This document shows, piece after piece, positions 38,201-48,650 of a stretch of DNA of 64,000 bases. The translations under genes and the position numbers were made by a program. Every line of letters starts with the position of its first letter. Position 1 is the first letter of the stretch. The stretch is from Geosiphon pyriformis uo1. Taxonomy: Eukaryota; Fungi; Glomeromycota. The DNA lies in the NCBI GenBank assembly GCA_016748015.1, contig JAAOMT010000571.1, forward strand, positions 1,243,095-1,307,094. Reading direction: 5' to 3'. Below the pieces are notes generated by a model. The model was not told the origin of the DNA. It was given only the letters and a program-made list of their open reading frames with translations, and made no database searches.

Positions 38201-40846
38201 TTCGACTTAGCAATGGCATTAATTAATGGAGCTACCAAAGAAGATGTTCATCAAATGAAGGAAGCAAAATACATTGAATACACTATGGAATTAGCTGGAT
38301 TTGATTACGAAGATGAAGTAGAAGTCTACCACCAAATTGCAAGTCACACCTATCCAACCCAAGAAGCTCAAATTCAACAATTAGAGCAAATAAACATTAG
38401 GCTATGTGAAGAATGCATTATGCCTTGCAATGAACAGTGGTGTCCTGAATGCTATGCTCTTAGTATCCCCTTGTCCAGCGAGAATAATGAGAATGAAATT
38501 GAATTTAGAGAACCTGAAGAAACAGAAGAAATTGAAACAACACCCATCTACCTTATTGAAAATCAGCCTGCCTTACAACTTAAATACTTCAACAACAACG
38601 GACAAGGAATAAAACCCAAAAAAGCACATGAAATTGATGCTGAATATGACCTAAGATATCCAGGCAAGGATACTCTTGTTCTTAAACCCAAATCTCCCAC
38701 AAAAATCAATCTCAAAATTGCACTCGAAATCCCGCCAGGAGCAATGGTTCAAATTGCCTCTTGGTCCTCTCTGGCAAGCAAAGGAATCAATGTCAAAGGA
38801 GGAATAATCGATGCTGGATATACTGGAGACATAACAGTGATGCTTCAAAATGAGACCGACAAACTATTTAAGATCAAACATGCTGAAAAAATTGCCCAAG
38901 CTATTTACCTACCCTTAATCAACATTTCGGGTTTGCAACTAGTCAATCAAAGAGAACAATTAGGAAAAAGCGATAGAGGAACCCAAGGTTTTGGTTCAAC
39001 TGGACAATTCACAGTTCCAGTTAATATAGCTCTTAACACACAGAACGAATCCCACCAGATTCTCAGACTTCCACAACCAATTACCATCTCACTCTTTGGA
39101 GAACATCCGAAAATCTACACTTGCACAAAGCCAACAACCACACAACAAATTTTTGAGTCCAATGAACAAGTCTGCTTGGAACATAATATTTTGATCCCAA
39201 ACATTTATATTCCAGAAGGAACAAAGAAAGTCCGAGTTACTTTTTACAACCCTAATAATTACCCCATAATTTTGTTAAATAATTTAGAAATTGGAGTTAT
39301 TCACAATAATATATTTCAACAAGAATTACCCCAAACAGTCTCCGATTTCCCTGAAATTATTGAACATTCATTACCAAAAATCAACTCAAACCCTAGCTCT
39401 GAAAACTACCATGTTGTCATGGAAAAACTATTTCGAATCAACATAGGACAACTTGAACTATAACAACAAACCCAGCTCAAAGAACTAATTGCAGAATTTG
39501 CTGATATCTTCGCCGAAAACAACAATGACTTAGGAAGAACTAATTTGGTTCAACACCAAATCTATACAGGAGATGCCAAACCCAGGTGACAACAAGCCTA
39601 CCGAATTGCTCCGGAAAGTCACCAATTTATCCGAGAAGAAGTACAACGGATGTTTAACAATGGGCTTATTCAACTATCAATGAGCCCATGGGCCTCACCT
39701 GTGGTTCTAGTTAAAAAGAAAAATGGAAAGATACGATTTTGTGTTGATTACTGACAACTCAACAGTATCACCATTGGGGATGCTTACCCTCTTCCCCAAA
39801 TTGATGACATGTTGGATGCCCTTGGAAAGTCCAAATACTTTTCAACATTAGATTTAGAGAGTGGATACTGGCAAGTTGCTATGGATCCCAAAGACTGCCC
39901 CAAAACAGCATTCACCACTCAAGGAGAAAATTACGAGTTCAATGTAATGCCTTTCGGATTATGCAATGCACCCGCAACATTCCAAAAACTCATGGATGTT
40001 GTTTACAAAGGCCTCCTTTGGAAATCAGTAGTAGTTTATCTTGATAACACTGATGTTTATTCACCATCTTTCGAGCTACATTTAATTTACCTGCGAGAAG
40101 TTTTTCAATGATTACGGAAAGCAGAATTGAAACTGAACATTGAAAAACGCTACTTTGGAAAGACAAGTTTAGCTTTTCTTGGTCACATTGTTAGCAAAGA
40201 TGGAATTAAACCAGACCCCGGAAAAATCAGTACTGTCAAAAACTTTAAGACTTCATGAAATACCACAGAATTAAGAGGATTTATTGGATTAGCATTCTAT
40301 TACCGAAAATTCATCAAAGGATTCTCAGAAATTGCAAAACCCCTCAACCAGCTCACTACTAAAAATATCGAATACAAATAGACAGAAGAACACCAAAATG
40401 CCTTCGAAATACTTAAGGAAAAACTCACAACAGCCCCAATCCTCGCCTACCCAGACTTCAGCAACCAATTCCGGTTAGCAACTGACGCTTCTTATACTGC
40501 TTTTGGTGCCATCTTATCACAGTTAGATGACAATGGAAATGAGCGAATAATTGCTTATGCTAGTAGAACATTAAAGCCAGCCAAAAAAAACTACCCCGCA
40601 ACAGAATTAGAAACCACAGCAGTAATCTGGGCCCTACATCACTTCAACCTTTACCTCAGACCCAAAGAATTCGATATTATCACTGATAATATTGGACTTA
40701 AATGGCTTCAAAACAAAAACACCCAGCTGAACACAAAACAAACTCGATGAACAGGATTTTTAGCTAATTACCGATACATTGTACACCACAAACCAGGAAA
40801 ACTCCACACCAACGTTGATTGTCTTTCAAGGATGAGGCAAGATTAG
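35228..40846 (+). pseudogene. gag-pol: A3 gag-pol single-frame polyprotein: N-terminal extension, capsid (from ATG 35960), CCHC knuckle (36662-36703), aspartic protease (DSG at 37313), Cys-rich domain, dUTPase, RT, RNase H
   Basis: ORF pieces at 35228, 36080, 36980, 38009 and 39809 share one frame; interrupting stops are TGG/CAA/CGA-derived; ends SRMRQD-TAG. Confidence 0.94.
38580..39004 (+). CDS. dut: Trimeric-type dUTPase domain within the polyprotein
   Basis: All five motifs: DA(G)YDL, AS(R)SSL, GIIDAGYTG, KIAQ, RGTQGFGSTG. Confidence 0.93.
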
Positions 40847-40894
40847 AAACAAAACCAACACCCATTTGAATTAACAGCATCAAAACAACAAACA

Positions 40895-42280
40895 ATGGAC
40901 CCCGAAAACTACAACAATCTCAAACAATATTTGAAGACATTAACAATCCCAACAGATTGGTCCTCAGACGAAAAACATCGGTTACAACAACAAGCCAATC
41001 AATATTTTTTACACAACAACATTATCTATCATCGAAATTTCAAAAACCCAACCAAACCACTTAGATTAATACAAGAACAGAAAAAAGAGACCATTTTATA
41101 CAACATGCACTTGGATCCTTTATCAGCACACTTCGAAAAAGATAGCACCACCCAAAGAACACTAGAATACTACTTTTGGCCTCGAATGAGAAAAGACATT
41201 CACAAATATGTCGAATCTTGTGATAGTTGTTAAAGAAGAGGAGGAACTCGTCCTACAGAACCTTTAAATCCAATCAAAGTTGGACAGCCTTTTGACAGAG
41301 TTGGTATCGATTTAGTCGGACCACTATCTATTACCACTCAAGGAAACCGTTATATTGCAGTAGCTGTAGACTATCTTACTAAATGGCCTAAAGCCAGAGC
41401 CATTCAACAAGCAGATGCAAAATCAGTAGCAAATTTTATCTACGAAGACATCATTTGTAGACATGGATGTCCAATTGAACTTTTATCCGATCAGGGAACA
41501 CACTTTGTGAACAACCTGATACAAGAAATTTGTGAACAATTCAATGTCAAAAGACCTCTGTCTTTGCCCTATCATCCACAAACAAACAGACTTGTGGAAC
41601 GTTTTAACAGAACATTGTGTGAGTCATTAGCCAAAGTCTCAACCAATTTTGAGCAAGAATGGGATCTCTTTATTCCATCAGTGTTACTAGCATATAAGAC
41701 ATTAAAACAAGACACCACGAAACACACACTATTTGATTTAACTTATGGAAGGATGGCAACGTTACCAATTAGTTTCACAGTAGAAACATACCCAACACAA
41801 CTGATTGATGAAAACAATTTCCAAGAAATGCTTCAGCGAAGAGCCTACACTCTATTTAGTACATTGGAAGAAAAACGATGAATAGCAGCCACCCATATTG
41901 AACACTCCCAAGCTCAACAAAAAGAATGGCATGATGACAAATTGTGTTCAGTCATCAATAAATTCAAAATTGGAAACAAAGTTCTCTTACACAGAACTAA
42001 AGCTGAAAAACAATGAAGTGGAAAATTTGAAAATAAATGAGATAGACCATTCTTTATTCATGAAGTCCTAGGCAATAGATCATACAAGCTAAGACTTGAT
42101 GACAAAATCCTAGCAAAAGTTGCACATGGAGATTGTTTGAAACACTATTATTTCAGAAACAATCCTGAACTATTAATTTCACAAATTGGTACACATTCCC
42201 ATTTGGTCAGTCCCGAAGATATTCCCCGAAACTTAGAACCAATAGTTGTCATTGAACAACCTTTCAATCTGAACACTTAA
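40895..42280 (+). pseudogene. int: A3 integrase ORF (461 codons, decay stops)
   Basis: HHCC, GIDLVGP, SDQGTHF, VERFNRT; GPF-type C-terminus; no chromodomain seen. Confidence 0.93.
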
Positions 42281-42401
42281 TTTAATTTTACTAGTCATTC
42301 TCTTATAATTTAGAAACAATCTCACTAAAACAAAAACAAAAATAACATAAAAAAAAATCCATACACCAAAAATAATTTTTATTTTTTTTCAATTGCTTAT
42401 A

Positions 42402-43121
42402 ATGACTATTCCTCAAAACATTCAACAATTATCCCAAAAACTAATGTTAGCTTTAAAAACAATACCCAAATTATCTATTACTGTTACTGGAAACCACATT
42501 AATTATACTCAAACAGAAGTAGTTACAAATTTAGCCCCAAACTCATGAAAATATCACTCATATAAAAAGAACACAAGAAGTTATACTGGAATTCATCTGC
42601 CAGAACTTTTAAAGCTTGCTTTAAGAGAAAACCTAAGGCTCATTCCGATTAGTATTTCACCAAATGCTACAATTCAACAAAAACTTCAACTGTGTCTCAA
42701 TGAAGAAAACACTGAATATCCTTCAATCTATAGATATTTTCACATTGGAAAAACACTCTATGAACAGAAACTGGAACTTACAACAGCAAACCTTACAAAA
42801 GAAGCTATTCAAAAACAACTCCACAATGAATTCAAGACAACAGCTGGATCAACAAACAGTCACTACAGGCTTAAAACTGCCCTTAGACTTTATAACCTAT
42901 TTCACACCTGTGAACACGTACTACAAAACCCAATTTTTCAACCTTTGAAGATTCAATACATTGGAAAGCTCACAGAACTGAAATTTTAACAATTTTTAGA
43001 CCAAATTTCTTCAATAATTTTGGATTATTATCTGGAAATAACAAACAGTACTTGGACTTTGACGGAGCTCAGTCTTGAGGAGGAGATTATGTTACCAGAC
43101 AAAATTAGAGATATTATTTAG
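42402..43121 (+). pseudogene. A3 ORF3, ~239-aa unknown protein overlapping the PPT and 3' LTR
   Basis: ATG 42402 to TAG 43119-43121 in one frame with two decay stops; conserved in A1, A2 and distantly in B. Confidence 0.78.
43077..43086 (+). promoter_or_regulatory. Polypurine tract of A3
   Basis: GAGGAGGAGA, 3 nt before the 3' LTR. Confidence 0.8.
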
Positions 43122-44070
43122 CATAAAATTATCTTATAATTCCTATTATTAATTAGTATATATTATCATTCCAAATGATCACTTATTACATTAGCAAAAA
43201 TGTCCGAAATTATTATTTAATTAATAACTCAAATTGTACACAACACAAATGTAACCTAATTGCAATGATCAATCATGTAATACCCCGAACTATATAACAT
43301 TCAGAAGTTCACTGAAATTTGTAGAAATTTGCCAAAATAATGGATAGTTCACTGAAATATCTAATAGTTTGCCAAAATAACTTGTAGTTCACTGAAATGT
43401 ATTTTTAGTTCAGCGAAATTGTAGAAAATAGCAAAGTTCAAGTTCATAGAATAGTGTTACAACAAGTTGTATAAAAGAAGAGCTTCTCTCTTTGAGAAAA
43501 ATGTATCTTACCTTAGATTTATCACTTAGAACCATTCCTATATACACAAAAGAAATAAATATCAAATAATTCGAAAAACCAAATTCTTTAATTATTATAC
43601 TTGGAAAATTCCCGAAACCCAACTAATGTTTTGAAATTGATTAGCTACCAATTTCAATAAACTGTTAGTGACTCCAGGCCTGAATAAAAAGCGTTTCCCT
43701 TGATAAAAATTCTATTTCTTTTACATTTCTTTTATTTTTCTTTTCTTTTCTTATTACAATCATTAGGGTAGCCTACAGATGAGATTCCTGTAGAAGAGTT
43801 AACTTTCACAGCAAAGTAACTACACATTTTTAGTGAGCTTCCAGATGAGCAATTCCTGGGAAAGAGTTGACATTTACTACAATGTAACTACATAAAGCAA
43901 CTGGCATGGAATTGGCCATTCCACTCATAAGCCCAGCAAGTTCAAATTATAGGAGATAATTTGAAGATAAATTCAGTTACTGGAGATTCAACCACATCCA
44001 GAAAACGTGAATTCACAGCAAATAAGTATCAACAACATTACAGAAAATAGACCAAAAACCTCTAGTAACA
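43090..44070 (+). repeat. 3' LTR of A3
   Basis: Direct repeat of 34202-35182. Confidence 0.95.
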
Positions 44071-45463
44071 CCGAAAACAAATTAACAAAACAAGCTGCAG
44101 ACATGCACTCCAAAGCCAACAATATAGCCTGTAATTTTGCTAAAGTAAATGACACTAAACCCTGAACACTGACATCCAAACCCAAATCAATGTCCTCAAT
44201 AAAAACGGCAGCCCCAGCTCTACAATCAGCTATGCCCAAATACTTCAAAGAACTATTTGTATATACAGACAAACTATCGATGTCAACCTGGGAAAGACAA
44301 CTATGAGCGGCCACAAAATCATTAGACTCACAAAAGTTAAGAAGACCAGCATCAACTAAGGCTGAGGAAAATAAATGAGAAGCCATAAGAAATGCAACAG
44401 AAAGATCAAACCATTCAGAAACTGGGCCATGAGGGTCTAGCCTCTTCCACCACTTGAAAGTACGCCAGCTAAAAACAATGCCATAATGATTACAAAGTTG
44501 ATCCACAAAGGCAATGCCAAAACACCAGAGAGAAGATAAAAACTTGAAAAACAAAGACTCGCCAAGAATGACAGACATAGGAACCCTGTCATGAAACTAA
44601 AAAGCACTGGCCAAAGAGCCACCCAAAGACAAATTGCAATCAAGGAGAATGCAAACCATACCAGCCAAGAAATTATTAGAAACACTGACATGAATACAAG
44701 CAGGAGAGATTAAAAGATGAATGGGCCACCAACACAGAATCTGTAAATCATGCGACCTGTGACTGAACAGATGCCCCAAGATCCTGCCAGAGTTCACAAA
44801 ACTAATAAGTGAAGCTACTTTACTCTCAGATTGATATTGTGAAAAAGATTTTAAACCATAAAAAAAAGGATGGTGAATAGTATCACTAGGAAAGTTCATC
44901 AGGAGACCAGCTTTTAATTTCAAGCCCTTGCAAATTAGAGCATCCCATTTATTACATATACCAACAGGAATATAGCCAAACTGCATTCTGTAGCTAATTA
45001 TGGGATAGAGAACTGCTAACACCAGATACAAAAACTGTTTATCTGAAACCACTTTTCTTAGAACTAAATTAGTAAAAAAATGAATGTCTAAATGCGCTTT
45101 AGTCAAGCTAAGCCTTGAAAGACCCTCGGTTGACAAAAAGATACCGAGATACTAATGAGATTCCCCTCTATGGGCAACAGAAATAGATAAACCACTAATA
45201 AAAAGAGATGGAACATTGACCCTGCTGTTGATTGGAATGACCACAGTTTTGTCATTATTAATTGAAATGTCATTAACTCGAAAAAATTCACTAGTAACAT
45301 TGAGAATATACTGAGTAGCAGTCTGACTGCTATCAACCCAAATAGTATCATTAACAAAGGCACCAGCAGCAAGGAAAGTAGAAAGCCTAGCCTAAGACTC
45401 AGTGTGACTACTCCCAGAAACAAAATGAGAATTGAGTCTGTAACTACACCACTCTCTTGATAC
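44071..45463 (-). pseudogene. Host LINE ORF2 fragment: RT C-terminal half (AFVND, decayed FVDD) to RNase H N-terminal half
   Basis: AAGAFVNDTIW at ~45335-45370; SVYTNSSL, LAKLQAI. Confidence 0.88.
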
Positions 45464-46448
45464 TGTTACCAAACAAAATTAGAGATATTGTTTAGCATGA
45501 AATTATCTTTATAAATCTTATCATTAATTAGCATATATTATCGTTTCAAATTATCACTTATTATATTAGCAAAATGTCTGAAATTATTATTTAATTAATA
45601 ATCCAATTTGTACATAACACAAATGTAACCTAAGTGCAATAATTAATTATACAATACCCCAAAATATGTAACATTCAAAAGTTTGCCGAAATTTGTAGAA
45701 ATTTGCTGAAATAATTGATAGTTTACCGAAATATCTAATAATTCACAGAAATAACTTGTAGTTTGCCAAAATGTATCTTTAGTTCAGCAAAATTGTAAAA
45801 AAGAGCAAAGTTCAAGTTCATAGAATAGTGTTATGACAAGTTGTATAAAAAAAGAGCTTTTCTCTTTGAGAAAATGTATTTTACTTTAGATTTAATAATT
45901 AAAATCATTCTTTATACACAAAAACAAAATAAATATCAAATAAATTTGAAAAACCAAATTCTTAATTATTTCCCTTGAAATTAACCAATTTCTACTAACA
46001 GTTTGAAATTGATTAGCTACCAATTTCAGTAGACTGTTAAAGCACTTCCAGGCCTGGATTCAAAACAACTTCTATAAATCATCAGTTTTACTTTTTCTTT
46101 TACATTTCTTTTATTCTCTTTTTTTTCTTATTATAAATCATTTGGGTAGCCTACAGATGAGAATTTCTGTAGAAGAGTTGACTTTCACAACAAAGTAATT
46201 ACACATTTTTAGTGAGCTTCCAGATGAGCAATTCCTGGGAAAGAGTTGACATTTACTACAACGTAACTATATAAAGTAACTGGCACAGAATTGGCCATTC
46301 TACTTATAAGCCCAGCAGTTCAAATTATAAAAGATAATTTGAAGATAAATTCAGTTATCGGAGGTTCAAACACTTTCCATAATCGTGAATTAACAGCATT
46401 ACAACAAACATACAAGAGCTAAAAAGAGACCAAAAACCTTCAGTAACA
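45464..46448 (+). repeat. Solo LTR, family A
   Basis: TGTTACC...GTAACA; no PBS or PPT on the flanks; TSD ATAC/ATGC; LINE RT continues on both sides. Confidence 0.92.
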
Positions 46449-48650
46449 ATGCTTAACTTCACACAAAAGAGGATTATAAAATATGCACCATAGCAGAGGG
46501 GAAAAAACTTCATCTTGGTTCAACCCATTAAACACCCGGTAACCATCAGTCAAACCAAAATCTGTCATGATACAGTTGGTTTGGTCCCTATGAATACTAC
46601 CAAAAAAGCAAACAAATTTACTACACATTTTGATCCTAACCAAGCTCCTCTCAAGGTGCTCCCAGCCAACTGAATCATACATCTTCCACATGTCCTATAG
46701 AACAAGCCAAAGTTCTTGGTTTTTTTCCAAAGCATTCTCAATTACCAAGCCAACTGCAAAAATAGGAGACTGAGTTGTTATACCCTTTAAAACCAAAAAA
46801 TTGTCACCACGCAGAACATCATATGAGCTGTAAGCCAGTAAGATCCTATCTGAAAGAATCTTAGATAGAATCTTGCGAGCTGTTTCAATCAAGGCAATAG
46901 GATAAGTATTCATAAGAACACCTTTCCACTCATAAGATTTGAGAATCATTGAAACCCAAGCCTCCTTTCAAGGACCAAACATTGACTCACAAAACAAACA
47001 AAAATTCAAAAAAACCAAAAGCAAATCCAAAACCGACTTATCACAACATTTCCAAAGTTCATTAGAGATGTCTAAGAGACCAGCAGTTTTTCCATCAGGA
47101 AGACTGGTAATCACACAATGCAACTCATCAAAATTAATTTCACTCATTATTTCAGAAAAAGCATCATCAAAAACGTAGTCCAAAGGTTTGTATTAATAAG
47201 ACCAAGTATCAGAAATATTATCAACCACCACACACTTTCTGGTCCATCCTTTTATGATAGCATCTATCTTGGATTTAACCAAATTAGGTTCAAGAACTAA
47301 CTCATTGTCCACAACCAGATGGTCCAAAACTACTTTGCAAAAGGGATGTTCCAACACATTTCTGATTGTACAACCCTTATTCAGCTCAAAACTCTCCATC
47401 CTATTGGTAATAGCCTGCTTAATGTGAAATTCTTCAGTGCGCTTGGACTCCAGCAATTTAGAAAAGTGGTATGACCTCCTTGCTTTGGCCAGAGCAGAAC
47501 AAATGTCATCAAATTTAGCCTTAGAAAAGAACATAGATCTTACTGTTAAAGCATCAGCAGAGTCAAGGTTGTCTTATGTACCCAAAAGCAAAGCAAAACT
47601 GACACTAGAACTCAAATGAGAAGCTTTCACCAGCTTAGAAACCAACAGCTCCAGCTTATGAAACCTAGATAATACTTTATTCCAAACCATATCAAAACCT
47701 TTAAACCATCTTCTCTTAAAAGCACCACCAGCTGAGAAAACCATAATCTTGTAAATGACATCCCATATAGCACCAAGATCAGAAAACTTTACAGCATCAC
47801 CAAATACACCTGATAACATAGTAGTGTTAGCAGCCATAGCATCTTTAAACTCAAGCCATTTAGCCTCACTGGCATTTTTGACATCAAATTTCCAATGATC
47901 TTTATTCACCTGCTTGTGAAGAAAAAACAAGTGTGTATCTAATAAACCGTCCAGACTCATAGATACAGACACAGTCTGGTGGTCTGTATTAAAATATTCC
48001 CCAACATTTGAAACACCATAATGTACCAAAGAATTGACTAGATTCAGTGAAACAAATACATAATTAATAGTTTTCATGATACCCTTAGAATTTGCCCAAG
48101 TGGGCATCTTAATGGCCAGGCTTTCAATCAAAGAGTTAACCAATCCCAACTCAAGGCACTTTTTGAAACTCACACACTTTCGAGAACTATTTTCATTAAA
48201 ATCACCACTAAAGACAACAAAAAAAGATTCATTAATGGCTTTAGCAATAAGAGAGTTGATTTCACCAGCCTGAGAAAACTGAACCACTGATGAAGCACCA
48301 GTGTAGAGCCCCAAAATAGACACTGAAAGTTTATTTTTGAAAAACAACTTGATAGACAGGAGCTGACCAGACACCTCAGAGACTTTGCAGACGTGTTTTG
48401 CTAAAGAAGAATTCATGATAATCAACACACTAGCATCCATAGAACCAGAATCCAGACCAGAAGTAAAAACCCGAACACCATCAAATTTGTTAGTCAACCA
48501 TGGGCGAACTTTCCCTTTAAGCTTTGACTCTGTAAAAATAGAAACCAAATTGTTTATATTCTTGTGCCAACGAATGACATCATCTTGCTTCACAGGATTG
48601 TTCAACCCACAAACATTACACATGGCAATTTTGCATACCAGACTACTTAT
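46449..48650 (-). pseudogene. Host LINE ORF2 N-terminal part: AP endonuclease and RT N-terminal half
   Basis: CNVCG, TESKL, GDFN, TINYVFVS, TDHQ (APE); YPIALIETARKI, YDSVGW, GLNQDEVFSPLLW (RT). Confidence 0.92.

Larger units (their letters stand above)
34202..44070 (+). mobile_element. Ty3/Gypsy family A copy A3, structurally complete (9.87 kb)
   Basis: 981-bp LTRs 34202-35182 and 43090-44070; TSD TCGA/CCGA; PBS; PPT; gag-pol in a single frame. Confidence 0.96.

Noticed and set aside
40844-40894. Stop-codon readthrough joining RNase H to integrase
   Set aside because: In frame only in A2/A3 (48 nt); A1 (49 nt) and B (~62 nt with further stops) are out of frame. Not fully excluded without a consensus.
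42402-43121. ORF3 as an envelope gene
   Set aside because: No signal peptide, furin site plus fusion peptide, or transmembrane segment visible; too short.
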